Shown here: piece after piece, positions 1 through 10,570 of the stretch
How positions within the stretch are numbered: the stretch's first letter is position 1
Layout of the letters: each line of letters begins with the position of its first letter
NCBI RefSeq assembly: GCF_023585745.1
Contig: NZ_CP097762.1
Span: 270,001-302,000, forward strand
Direction of reading: 5' to 3'
Length of the DNA: 32,000 bases
Source: Candidatus Saccharimonadota bacterium
Lineage (GTDB): Bacteria > Pseudomonadota > Gammaproteobacteria > Enterobacterales > Enterobacteriaceae
Notes under the pieces: model-generated
The model's input: only the letters and a program-made list of their open reading frames with translations
Told to the model about the DNA's origin: nothing
Databases searched by the model: none
Made by a program: the position numbers and the translations under genes

Positions 1-698
1 ATTTAGAAAACTTATTATGCTTATGTTTTTTAGGAATTTTATTAGGTGGTCGCGCTGGATATGTATTATTTTATCAATGGTCTTTTTTCTCACAACACTT
101 ATTAAAAATTTTAAATATATGGGAGGGCGGAATGTCTTTCCACGGTGGTTTAATAGGAGTTATTACAGCAATTAAAATATTCTCATACAAAAAACAAAAA
201 TCATTTTTAATGATAACAGATATAATCGTACCAACAGTACCATTTGGTTTAGGATGTGGAAGATTAGGAAACTTTATTAACGGTGAACTATGGGGACGAG
301 TGACAACTGATGTTCCTTGGGCTATGTTTTTTCCTAAATCCATAAACCAAGATTTAATCTCACTAAATACTAATTACTCTACTGAATGGCAAGAATTATT
401 TGATATGTATGGAGCTTTACCAAGACATCCATCTCAATTATATGAGATGTTCCTTGAAGGAATAATACTTCATATTATTATTAATAAATTAACTAAAAAA
501 TTTAAACCTACAGGGTATATATCTGGCTTATTCCTTATAAGCTATGGTATACTACGTATCACGGCAGAATTTTTTCGAGAACCTGATGAACAAATAGGTT
601 TATTTATCAACACTATGACTCTAGGACAAATACTGTCGTGTCCTATGATTATAATAGGTTTTGTTATTACTTGCGGTTTTTTTCGACCTAAAAATTAA
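1..698 (+). CDS. lgt: Prolipoprotein diacylglyceryl transferase, 5'-truncated by the window edge
   Basis: Track ORF 132..698 continues upstream in the same frame (codon phase of position 3) with no stop to the window edge. The translation (LGGRAGYVLFYQW, IWEGGMSFHGGLIGV, GRLGNFINGELWGR, LPRHPSQLYE, GQILSCPMI) follows E. coli Lgt almost motif for motif. Confidence 0.95.
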   Translation, partial: LENLLCLCFLGILLGGRAGYVLFYQWSFFSQHLLKILNIWEGGMSFHGGLIGVITAIKIFSYKKQKSFLMITDIIVPTVPFGLGCGRLGNFINGELWGRVTTDVPWAMFFPKSINQDLISLNTNYSTEWQELFDMYGALPRHPSQLYEMFLEGIILHIIINKLTKKFKPTGYISGLFLISYGILRITAEFFREPDEQIGLFINTMTLGQILSCPMIIIGFVITCGFFRPKN

Positions 699-1078
699 AA
701 ATTTCATTACTTCCTATATGAAGTATAATAATTTTTATTGATTTAGATTATCAATATACTAACTATAACATATACCAACAAAACAATTTTGTTTGTAAAG
801 TATGATTTTTATCAATATCCACAAATAATATTTAAATTATGTTCAATATTTAAAAATCTATTAAATTCTATTTAATAGAATACTAATTCTATAATTAACA
901 ATAAAACATTTGTTTATAAAAATTTTTATTTAAAAGCATAAAATAATCTTTTAAAATAAAATCGCTTCATTTTATAAAATATTTTAGATACATTTAGCAT
1001 AAATACTACAATCTGTATTTTCTAATATTAGTTAAACACTGTTGATTAAATATCTAACATAATTCAATAATACACTAA

Positions 1079-4000
1079 ATGTTAACTATCTATCACTCTA
1101 ATAACGCAAAAAAAATTAAAAACTTATTAATAGATATTATATCAAATAAACCATTATCTGATCCAATGACACCTGAAATAATATTAGTAGAAAAAAGTAT
1201 AAAAAGAGAATGGCTAAAAATAGAATTAGCTAACCACTTCGGCATATTATGTAATACTGAATTCGACTCCATCCCAAATTTTATACAAAAAATATACAAA
1301 ACAATATCATCACATAATTATATTGAAAAAAGTAATTTTTCTTATTCTGTTATGTATTGGAAATTTATGGAAATATTAAACCAAAATAGCATAATTAAAA
1401 ATTATTCCACAATACAAACATATCTAAAAAATGATATAAACCAAAGAAAAATTGGACAACTTTCCGAGCAACTCGCATATCTGTTCACACAATACTTAAT
1501 ATATAGACCAGATTGGCTAAATTTTTGGAAAAATAACCATACTATAAAATACATAAAAAATGACCATCAAATTTGGCAAGCGGAAATATGGAAAAATTTT
1601 TTGAAAAACACAAATTTATATAATAAAGATAGTTTAACAAACATAGAAAAAATCTACATAACACCATTACAACACTGTATATATCTATTAAAACATAACT
1701 ATAAAAAATATAATATTCCGAAAAGAATATTCATTTTTGGTCTAACAACAATTCCAATTGTATATTGGAAAATAATAAAACTATTAAGTTCACATACTAA
1801 TATTTATTTATGGTTTATAAATCCCAGTAACTGTAATATACATAATAATTCTCATGTACTTAAAAAAAACACTTATTCTATAAAACAGCTTTCTTCTAAA
1901 AGAAAGAATACTATAACATCGCATCAATCTAAATATTCATTTTACGAAAAATATAATAAAACAACTAATACTTTTTCTAATACAGATAATATCTTTTTAT
2001 ATTCCTGGAACAATATTGGACGAAATACTCTATCTTTATTTAAAGAATTTAAAAACAAAATTGAATTTAATTATTTTTATATTCCTAAAAAAAAAACATT
2101 ACTTTTCTACGTAAAAAAAGGTATTTCAAATTTTTATAAAAATAAAATTCATATAAAATATTTAAACACTAATAAAATATTAAAAAATAAACAAAAAAAT
2201 ATATTTCTGCCGGGAGATAAATCAATAAGCTTTCATATTTGTTATAATCTTCAAAGAGAAATAGAAATACTACACGATAATTTATTATCGCTTATTACAA
2301 ATGATCCTTCATTATCTCCTGGGGATATATTAGTCCTAGCACCCAATATATCGAAATATGTCACAATCATTAATACTGTATTTAACACCAAACAAAAAAA
2401 TCAATATTTACCATTTAGTATTTCATGTAAATATAAAAATAATATACATCCAATTATATTAACTTTTCTAAGTATACTTAATTTACCACATAGCAGATGT
2501 ACATCTGAAGAAATTCTATCTTTTTTAAAAGTACCATCTGTATCAAAAAAATTTAACATAACCATAGAAGAAATAAAACTATTAAACATATGGATAATTG
2601 ACTCTAATATTCGATGGGGTTTAGATAATATTACCATGAATAAATTCAATTTACCTATTACTAACCAACACACGTGGCAGTTTGGATTAAATCGTATGTT
2701 ACTAAGTTATGCTTTAAAAAACTCCTCTAAAACTTGGATGAAAATTTTTCCATATTCAAATATAGAAAATAGAGAACATTTTAACCTAATTGGAAAATTA
2801 GGACAATTTTTACAAACCTTAAAAAAATGGCGAGACCAATTAGAACAATCTTACGAAATAAAACAATGGACTTTATATTTTAAAGAAATAATCAATGATT
2901 TTTTTCATCAAGATCCTGCAAATACAGAAGAAAACAAAGCTTTGCAATTTTTAATAACTTTCTGTCAAGAAATACTACAATCTGGAATACAAGCTAATTA
3001 TAATCAGAAAATTAATGTCCTCATCTTAAAAGATAAATTATCTTATAAATTAAATCAAAAAAAAACGATATATAAATTTGTACCAAATACAATTAATTTC
3101 TGCGATCTTGCTGCAGCATATTGCATACCTTATAAAATAATATACATACTGGGTATGAATGATAATTTTCCTCGAAAAAAGATATCGCCCAATTTTAATT
3201 TAATGGCTAAAAAACCACGAAAACACGATAAAAATACATATGAACAAGATTGTTATACATTCTTATTAACATTACTGTCAGCACAAGAAAAAATATATAT
3301 TAGTTTTATTGGAAATAATATGCAAAATAATACAGTATGTTTTCCTTCCAGATTAGTGAACGAATTATTTGAATACATTGCAGAAAATTTCTACTTTAAA
3401 AAAGATGAAAATATAGAAATAAACATTAAAATAAAACGTATACGCCAGCACTTATGTCAACAACATAGTCTTTTTGCTTTCTCTCCAGAAAATTTTTTAC
3501 CTAATACAGATACTCAAAGCTTCTCGAATGAATGGTTACCCGCAGCAACAGTTATTAATATGACACCTAATTTAAAAAAAAAATATTCACACTTTAATGT
3601 TCCAATTATACATTTTTCTACAAAAACAATAAATTTCCAAGATTTATACAATTTTTACTACCATCCAGTACAATGGTGGTTTCAAAAGCGTTTAAACATA
3701 TATTTTAATAAAAACATAGTAAAAATAATAGATCCTTATCATGTTGAAATAAACAATTTCAATCGTTATAAATTAAATATCAAATTAATTCACTATTTAA
3801 TTAATAATAAAAATACTAAACAACTATATCAAAATATATATGCTTCAGGCATTCTACCTTATGGTGCTTTTGGTAAACTCTTTTGGGAAAAACAATATGC
3901 AAAAATGCTAAAATTAGCACATCAAATACATAAATATTATGTTAATAAACAAAATAATTTAAATATCTCTATAAAACTAAATGAAATAAAACTAACTGGA

Positions 4001-4516
4001 CAATTAACTAGAGTACAAGAAAACGGATTAATACGTTGGACACCAAAAAATATTTCTATGCGCGATGTATTCTTACTATGGTTAGAACACATCACCTATT
4101 GTGCTATAGGCGGAAAAGGTGATAGTAGGTTAATTGGTATTAATGATACATGGCATTTTCCGAATTTTTCAAAAACACAAGCAAAAAAAATATTATCAAC
4201 TTTAATATTAGGTTATTCTAATGGAATTAACACGCCCATATTATTACTGTACCAATCTGGAGGATCTTGGATAAATCACATCTTTAATAAAGTAACAAAA
4301 TCTATTTCATCTGATCCACTTGTACAACAAGAAGCACGTAAAAAATTAATTTATACTTGGCAACACGGCACAAACCAATTTTCTCCATTTAAAGAAAGTA
4401 ATGACCCCTACCTTCGTAAACTTATTCCATTTGATCTAAATACAATGGATATTACACAAATTACTAATACAACACAACATTATTTATTCAATATTTTAAA
4501 ATATAAAATACTTTAA
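1079..4516 (+). CDS. recC: Exodeoxyribonuclease V gamma subunit RecC
   Basis: 1145 aa against 1122 aa in E. coli RecC. It is colinear from the N-terminus (MLTIYHSN, DPMTPEIILV) through YLIYRPDWL, HTWQFGLNRMLLSYA, ILGMNDNFPR, LPYGAFG and LWLEHITYCA to the C-terminus. Confidence 0.96.
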   Translation: MLTIYHSNNAKKIKNLLIDIISNKPLSDPMTPEIILVEKSIKREWLKIELANHFGILCNTEFDSIPNFIQKIYKTISSHNYIEKSNFSYSVMYWKFMEILNQNSIIKNYSTIQTYLKNDINQRKIGQLSEQLAYLFTQYLIYRPDWLNFWKNNHTIKYIKNDHQIWQAEIWKNFLKNTNLYNKDSLTNIEKIYITPLQHCIYLLKHNYKKYNIPKRIFIFGLTTIPIVYWKIIKLLSSHTNIYLWFINPSNCNIHNNSHVLKKNTYSIKQLSSKRKNTITSHQSKYSFYEKYNKTTNTFSNTDNIFLYSWNNIGRNTLSLFKEFKNKIEFNYFYIPKKKTLLFYVKKGISNFYKNKIHIKYLNTNKILKNKQKNIFLPGDKSISFHICYNLQREIEILHDNLLSLITNDPSLSPGDILVLAPNISKYVTIINTVFNTKQKNQYLPFSISCKYKNNIHPIILTFLSILNLPHSRCTSEEILSFLKVPSVSKKFNITIEEIKLLNIWIIDSNIRWGLDNITMNKFNLPITNQHTWQFGLNRMLLSYALKNSSKTWMKIFPYSNIENREHFNLIGKLGQFLQTLKKWRDQLEQSYEIKQWTLYFKEIINDFFHQDPANTEENKALQFLITFCQEILQSGIQANYNQKINVLILKDKLSYKLNQKKTIYKFVPNTINFCDLAAAYCIPYKIIYILGMNDNFPRKKISPNFNLMAKKPRKHDKNTYEQDCYTFLLTLLSAQEKIYISFIGNNMQNNTVCFPSRLVNELFEYIAENFYFKKDENIEINIKIKRIRQHLCQQHSLFAFSPENFLPNTDTQSFSNEWLPAATVINMTPNLKKKYSHFNVPIIHFSTKTINFQDLYNFYYHPVQWWFQKRLNIYFNKNIVKIIDPYHVEINNFNRYKLNIKLIHYLINNKNTKQLYQNIYASGILPYGAFGKLFWEKQYAKMLKLAHQIHKYYVNKQNNLNISIKLNEIKLTGQLTRVQENGLIRWTPKNISMRDVFLLWLEHITYCAIGGKGDSRLIGINDTWHFPNFSKTQAKKILSTLILGYSNGINTPILLLYQSGGSWINHIFNKVTKSISSDPLVQQEARKKLIYTWQHGTNQFSPFKESNDPYLRKLIPFDLNTMDITQITNTTQHYLFNILKYKIL

Positions 4517-4569
4517 TACACACCAAAATAATAAAATATTTTCTAATTGATAATAGAAAGTATATAATG

Positions 4570-6495
4570 TTATTGTGTTACAAGATTTTTCTTGAGTCTA
4601 GAATATAAACCACTATAACGATGTGTAATAGTACGTACACTACGCATGATTATTTGATCTGTGCCATATAAAAAAATACTCTGACGTGCTCTAGTAACAG
4701 CAGTATATAATAATTCACGAGTCAATATCGGTGTATATTGATTCGGTAATATTATCGTAATACACTTAAATTCAGAACCCTGAGATTTATGAACAGTCAT
4801 TGCAAAACAAGTTTCATATGCTGGTAACTGATATATCGGGACAATTTTCATAATATTCGTAGGTAATAAAAAATATGCAGATAATTTATTTTCATTATTT
4901 GACAATAATATGCCAGTATCTCCGTTATATAATCCTAACGATGGACTATTCTTTAATATAAGAATAGGGCGACCTATATAGTTTCCAGAATTATGTAATT
5001 GAATTAAACCCTCTTCATGTAATAATTGTTCAATATAAGAATTTATTTTTTCTATTCCAAACGGTCCATCACGTAATACACATAAGACTCTATATCTATT
5101 AAAATGCTCCAAAATACTTTCAGTAGTCATTACAGAACTTTGCAAAATTTTTAAATATGCTGAATATTTCATAGCACAATTAATAATCATTTTTACATAA
5201 TTTTTATCTAAACATGACATATCATTATAATATATATCTGTATATGTATTAGAAGTTAATGCAGATAATATATGATTATAATCACCTAATTTTATAAAAT
5301 AAGCTAACTGCCCAATTCCAGAATTTTCGCTAAACCTATAATTTTTATTTAATGTACATATTCCATCTATAATCCCATTATAATTACTGAAATTAGTATA
5401 TGTATTACATCCAATAAACTCATCAGTATTAGAACAAACTATATCATGACCAGTGCATTGCTTAACTTCTTGACTGAGTCGATTGGAATAATGAAATTTT
5501 TTAAATTTACATAAATCCTGAAATATAAAACCAGGTTCTACTGAAGATAATTGATGTTGATCACCAAAAAAAATCACTTTCGTTTCAGGTTTAAGTGCTA
5601 ATGCTACTTGAGCTAAAATAGATAAACTAATCATAGAAGCTTCATCAATTACTAATAAATCTAAAGATTTATAACTTAAATTACTATAGTAAAAATTATT
5701 CCCTTTATGTAACCAATTTTTAAGAAAACTATGTAACGTCATTGCTTTTTCTGGTATATTGGAAAAATAACATGTATCTAATTGTGAAATACCACCTATC
5801 ATGCTATTAAACGACGCAGTTAATAAAGCTGCTGCTTTTCCAGTTGGAGCAGTTATCTTAATATTCATAGCGTTATTACTACTATATAATAGTATAGCTG
5901 CGATCATTTTAGCGATCATCGAAGTTTTCCCGGTACCAGGCCCTCCAGAGATTAATACTCTATTACGTATTATTCCAATGGCTGCTGCTATTTTATGCCA
6001 ACTGATCTCAGTGTAATTATCGGGAAATAATTGATTCAAAATATTAAACACTCTTTTTACATGAAAAGTTTCAGAACAGCATTCTTGACTAAAAAAACGA
6101 GCTACTATACATTCGTCCTGCCACATATTATACAAATATAAACGACCATTCTCTAGTACCAAAGGAGTTACTAATGCTCCATTGCTAACGGCAGGAGATT
6201 TATATAACAAATCTAACCAATCATCTATTGATAGTATCCCTAATTTTTTATGTATTTCGTGTAATAATTCAGAATGCATTTCCGTAAATAATTCACCGGA
6301 AACTAATAATGATATAGGAAGGCAAACATGACCAGATCTAACAAATGCACTTAAGCTAACGCTAGCTAACGCTAATACATCTTTCACATTATGATGTAAA
6401 TTATTGCGGCTCGACAAAGTTAATAATCTCGCAAATTGTATATCTAAAAAATTACATATTCCTAGTTTTAAAAATTTTTCAATAATATATTCCAT
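4570..6495 (-). CDS. recD: Exodeoxyribonuclease V alpha subunit RecD (SF1 helicase)
   Basis: 641 aa. Motifs appear in RecD order: ISGGPGTGKT (Walker A), APTGKAAA, LLVIDEASMI, FFGDQHQLSSVEPG, TVHKSQGSEF, YTAVTRAR. The N-terminus (LDIQFARLL, GHVCLPIS) aligns with the E. coli RecD start. Confidence 0.96.
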   Translation of the reverse strand: MEYIIEKFLKLGICNFLDIQFARLLTLSSRNNLHHNVKDVLALASVSLSAFVRSGHVCLPISLLVSGELFTEMHSELLHEIHKKLGILSIDDWLDLLYKSPAVSNGALVTPLVLENGRLYLYNMWQDECIVARFFSQECCSETFHVKRVFNILNQLFPDNYTEISWHKIAAAIGIIRNRVLISGGPGTGKTSMIAKMIAAILLYSSNNAMNIKITAPTGKAAALLTASFNSMIGGISQLDTCYFSNIPEKAMTLHSFLKNWLHKGNNFYYSNLSYKSLDLLVIDEASMISLSILAQVALALKPETKVIFFGDQHQLSSVEPGFIFQDLCKFKKFHYSNRLSQEVKQCTGHDIVCSNTDEFIGCNTYTNFSNYNGIIDGICTLNKNYRFSENSGIGQLAYFIKLGDYNHILSALTSNTYTDIYYNDMSCLDKNYVKMIINCAMKYSAYLKILQSSVMTTESILEHFNRYRVLCVLRDGPFGIEKINSYIEQLLHEEGLIQLHNSGNYIGRPILILKNSPSLGLYNGDTGILLSNNENKLSAYFLLPTNIMKIVPIYQLPAYETCFAMTVHKSQGSEFKCITIILPNQYTPILTRELLYTAVTRARQSIFLYGTDQIIMRSVRTITHRYSGLYSRLKKNLVTQ

Positions 6496-6787
6496 AAAAA
6501 ATAAAATTCTAATATCAAATTCAAATATACAAAACTTTAGTTGTCTATAAAAATTTAAATAAAAAATTTTTTACTGAAATTTGAATTTCATAATGCATCA
6601 ATATTATGTGCAACATAATTATTTTATAATAACGTTGTATACATATATTTATAAATATTTTATTAATAAATTGATTAATAATAAATACGTAACCATACAA
6701 TCATCCCTGATATATAAAATATTTTTTTATTTTACATATAAAAATTTAAAAAATAAATTTTTATAACTTATATTATTATTTATTTAC

Positions 6788-9700
6788 CTAAAATAAATTA
6801 TCTAATTTTTCAATAAATTGGAATTTTGGATACGAAAAATATACTCCATTGCTGCATTTTTTTCCATTCATTCCACGTATAAATAAAATATATACTCCGC
6901 CAAAATCTTTTTCATATTTATATGATTCTAATCTACTTCTCAAAAATCTATGTAATGCTAAAGTATAAAGTTGATATTGTAATTCATAACGATACTTAAT
7001 AATTTCTTGTTCCATATTATAATTAATATAAAAATTATTATCTGGACCTAACCAATTTGTTTTATAATCTACTAAATAATACTGTTGATTCCAACGAAAA
7101 ACTAAATCAATAAATCCATTTAGCATCCCTCTAACTTCTAAAAAATTTAAAGAAGGCGCCATATATGATAAAACATCATATTTCTTACACAAAGCATCTA
7201 ATTTTTTTAAATTTAAGTTTTTATTAATAGGTAAATAAAATTGTAATTCAGTCCTTTTATCATTAGGACATATTTTTGCAAGAGTTAAATTTTCATAATT
7301 CAGAGAAGTATTTACTATTTTATATATCCATGCTCTAATAAGCGCACCCCACATAGTATCAATCTTATATTTATCCATATAAATATATAATCTTTTTATA
7401 TCAATAGCATCTCTAATGTCTAACACTTCTAAAATATTATGCAAAAAACTTCCAAAAATTCTTCCTTTAGGGAAAAGGTGAGGAGTTAATGATAAAGAAT
7501 TATGTTGTTCATGAGAAAAATTATCATTAATATCACGCAACATTTGTGTTGTACAACATAATATACCGTTATTACTCTTTTTTAACTCACTAAAACTGGT
7601 CATATTCCATGAAATAATATTTTTCAATATTTTTCGTGTTTTTGCCGATAAAACTTGACCAGATGTGGTTAAAGATAAAGCAGAAAAAGATCTTTTCATT
7701 TTTGAAATAATACGAAAAGAAATATTCTCTGCTGAATTAATACATAGTTCTATTAAATTTTGTTTTATCTTTTTAAAATCTCCATAACTATTTTTCTGTA
7801 TTAAATAACCCACCGCACTTCTATGTAACTCATTAATATTAGATTTTTTTTTATATCTATGCGTTATTGCTCCAATACCTATTGAACAATGATAAATACT
7901 ACGAGTTAAAGCTACATATAGTAATCTTAAATCTTCTAATAAACGTTCTTCATCTGAAAATACTAAATTTGATTCTAACTCATTAAAATCTAAACAAGAT
8001 TTATATGAATTTCTATCATGAAAAAAAATATTTTTTTTATAATTAAAATCCGCAATAAACGGTAGAAATACTAAAGGAAACTCTAAACCTTTAGACTTGT
8101 GTATCGTGCTAATTTTAATTAATGATCGATTACTACCTGATCGTAATTTATAATCCTGTATTTCATTACTTGTATGTCGCGACATATTAGATACTAACCA
8201 TTCTACAAGCATATATTCATCTTGCAATGAACTCGATGCATCTTGTAATAATTCACCTAAATGTAAAATATTTATTAAACTAGATTCCCCGCCAATTATA
8301 GATAATAATTTTTCTGGTACCTTATAATAAAAAATTATTTTTTTTATCATTAGTAAAATTCCATGTTTTTTCCACACTGAATTATATTCAGAAAAATTCT
8401 CTAATATAGATTCCCATTTAGATTCATCATTATTGACGCTATCAATCTCAAACGCGCTAAAATTAAAAAAAATAGTTGCTAAAGCAGTACAGATCCTAAA
8501 ACGATCTAAATATAAAACTGCTTGTAATAATAATAGTAATTCATAAGACTCTATTGTTTCAAAAATACTTTTAGAATTTGATAAAAATACTGCCGATATA
8601 TTTGCTTGTAGTAAAGCAGTACGCATCAGCAATGCTTCTTTATGAGTACGTACTAATATAGTTATATCCGATGGCTGTAATAATCTCTTATGCGATTTAT
8701 TTTTTAACCAAGCGTTACCATTATTAATTTCACATAACAAATCATACAAAACAATAGCGCATTCTTCTGCCATTGCATGCTGATAGGACTCAATAGTAAT
8801 CGTTTCAGAAGGGTGTAACCAAAAACACATTGGTTTTTGTAATTTATTATTTATAATAAACCGATATGCATTGTCATTATCAGCAGATTTAGAAGGAATA
8901 AATGGCATATCTGCAAAAATAAAGGGATTAGATATAGATTGGAATAAACTATTAACGGCATTGACCATACCTGATGATGAACGCCAATTAATATTAAAAT
9001 AGTATTTATCTTTAATAACTTGACGCGCTTTCATATATGCAAACACATCAGCACCACGAAAAGCATAAATTGCTTGTTTTGGATCTCCTATTAAAATTAA
9101 ACCATTATTTATACGATTATCATATAATACACGAAAAATATTAAACTGTTTCTCATCAGTATCTTGAAATTCATCAATAATAGCTACCGGATAATATCCA
9201 CGTATTATATCTGCTAAATTATTTTTAACGCTATTATCAGATAAATTACACTCTAACACATTAATAATATCATTAAAAGTAATAGAAGATCTTAAGTACC
9301 GCGTTCTATTTAAATCATTACGGATTTCATAAATCGCAATATCAAACACTAATGCTTTAAAAGATGCTAATTTTTTATATAAAATTGTTATTGAATCAAA
9401 TAAAAAATATAAAGCATTCTTTTTATAATTATTACATATTTTCAGTGCTCTCGTGCTAAATCTGTACAAATCTTTGGGTACAATATGATCAACCGTCGGA
9501 CAACTAACCCATCGATTAATTCTATCGATCCAACATGATAAATTTTTTTTATTATATATCTTGCGATTAATCTTATAAGAATTAATCGCAATCATTATCT
9601 CATATCTATTTATATTCCATGCATTCTTAAGTTGTTTGATATACAAAATTATTTCTTCATAAAAAGAAGAAATTCCTATTCTTTTCGTATGCGTGTCATA

Positions 9701-10318
9701 CCCACAAAATATTGGATATGATCCATATATAAAAGGCAAAATATCATTTAATAAACTATATGAATCTTTCCAATATTCTTGAACTAAACTCACTATATTA
9801 CACGGAAGCCCATAAAAATTTCTTCTCCAAAAATCTTCACACATTTGTTGATAAAATATTTTTTCATCATCAACAATAGTTGTATGAAATAACATATTTA
9901 ATTCTATTGCATGACTATTCAAGATATTTTGACAAAAACTATGTATAGTAAATATAGATGCTTGATCTATTTCTTGCTCTGCTGCAGATAATATACAAAT
10001 TGCGGCAGATATGTTCTTGATTTGCTTTAATAAACTAGAAAATATATAATTCGTACTAAACCCAGATATACAATCTAATCGAAACTGGTGAATACTTTCT
10101 CTTATACGATACCGAAGCTCTCGCGCCGAAGATTTCGTGAAAGTCACTACAAGTATTTCCTGTACCGTTAAAGGCCGAAAAAAATCAAATCTGCTACCCA
10201 AACATAATAATAATCTAATATAAATTATTATTAAAGCATACGTCTTACCAGTACCTGCAGAAGCTTCTATTAAACGAGTACCATATAACGGTAATTCTAA
10301 TACATGCAACCTGTACAT
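6788..10318 (-). CDS. recB: Exodeoxyribonuclease V beta subunit RecB (helicase-nuclease)
   Basis: 1176 aa against 1180 aa in E. coli. Motifs present: LIEASAGTGKTY (Walker A), IDEFQDTD, LIGDPKQAIYAFRGAD, TIHKSKGLEFP, LLYVALTRS, and the C-terminal nuclease motif GFIDLVF...YYLVDYKTN. Confidence 0.97.
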   Translation of the reverse strand: MYRLHVLELPLYGTRLIEASAGTGKTYALIIIYIRLLLCLGSRFDFFRPLTVQEILVVTFTKSSARELRYRIRESIHQFRLDCISGFSTNYIFSSLLKQIKNISAAICILSAAEQEIDQASIFTIHSFCQNILNSHAIELNMLFHTTIVDDEKIFYQQMCEDFWRRNFYGLPCNIVSLVQEYWKDSYSLLNDILPFIYGSYPIFCGYDTHTKRIGISSFYEEIILYIKQLKNAWNINRYEIMIAINSYKINRKIYNKKNLSCWIDRINRWVSCPTVDHIVPKDLYRFSTRALKICNNYKKNALYFLFDSITILYKKLASFKALVFDIAIYEIRNDLNRTRYLRSSITFNDIINVLECNLSDNSVKNNLADIIRGYYPVAIIDEFQDTDEKQFNIFRVLYDNRINNGLILIGDPKQAIYAFRGADVFAYMKARQVIKDKYYFNINWRSSSGMVNAVNSLFQSISNPFIFADMPFIPSKSADNDNAYRFIINNKLQKPMCFWLHPSETITIESYQHAMAEECAIVLYDLLCEINNGNAWLKNKSHKRLLQPSDITILVRTHKEALLMRTALLQANISAVFLSNSKSIFETIESYELLLLLQAVLYLDRFRICTALATIFFNFSAFEIDSVNNDESKWESILENFSEYNSVWKKHGILLMIKKIIFYYKVPEKLLSIIGGESSLINILHLGELLQDASSSLQDEYMLVEWLVSNMSRHTSNEIQDYKLRSGSNRSLIKISTIHKSKGLEFPLVFLPFIADFNYKKNIFFHDRNSYKSCLDFNELESNLVFSDEERLLEDLRLLYVALTRSIYHCSIGIGAITHRYKKKSNINELHRSAVGYLIQKNSYGDFKKIKQNLIELCINSAENISFRIISKMKRSFSALSLTTSGQVLSAKTRKILKNIISWNMTSFSELKKSNNGILCCTTQMLRDINDNFSHEQHNSLSLTPHLFPKGRIFGSFLHNILEVLDIRDAIDIKRLYIYMDKYKIDTMWGALIRAWIYKIVNTSLNYENLTLAKICPNDKRTELQFYLPINKNLNLKKLDALCKKYDVLSYMAPSLNFLEVRGMLNGFIDLVFRWNQQYYLVDYKTNWLGPDNNFYINYNMEQEIIKYRYELQYQLYTLALHRFLRSRLESYKYEKDFGGVYILFIRGMNGKKCSNGVYFSYPKFQFIEKLDNLF

Positions 10319-10570
10319 ATATAACTATGCATACATCTAAATTAGAAACACACTTAATTTTTAATTATTAACTGTAACATACATAAAACTTAGTAATTTT
10401 TATATTAAAAATAATGATATAATCAAATGTTGAAGTCATATTATCAATTGTTATTATACTGAATTAAAACTAAATAGTACATTATTGACATAATGTAAAT
10501 GTATCCTATTAAAAATATAATACAACAATATTAAAAATCGACAAACATTACTGTTTAAAAAAATCATTAA

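Noticed and set aside
825-833. DnaA-box-like ATATCCACA (8 of 9 matches to TTATCCACA) in the lgt-recC spacer. A weaker AAATCCACA lies near 11523-11531.
   Set aside because: These are single isolated near-matches with no cluster of boxes and no adjacent AT-rich 13-mer array or replication-gene context. This is consistent with chance and is not an origin.
865-881. 17-bp palindrome ATTCTATT-T-AATAGAAT in the lgt-recC spacer.
   Set aside because: With 8-bp arms of mostly A/T and a 1-nt centre, several such palindromes are expected by chance in about 3 kb of A/T spacer. It has no terminator-like U-tract.
6737-6765. 11-bp all-A/T stem with a 7-nt loop, 23 nt downstream of the recB stop; a possible terminator.
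   Set aside because: It is composed only of A-T pairs and has no downstream U-run on the recB strand. My rough estimate puts stems of this length within chance expectation for the window.
6581-6766. 61-aa ORF in the recB-recD spacer on the plus strand.
   Set aside because: It has pure A/T-driven composition (Y, N, I, K, F), no ribosome-binding site and no recognisable domain. Open frames of this size are expected in sequence this low in complexity.
10478-10497. 8-bp stem / 4-nt loop hairpin (TACATTAT-TGAC-ATAATGTA) downstream of dapD.
   Set aside because: It is short, A/T-dominated and statistically unremarkable. The T-rich tail is only partial, so it is too weak to call a terminator.
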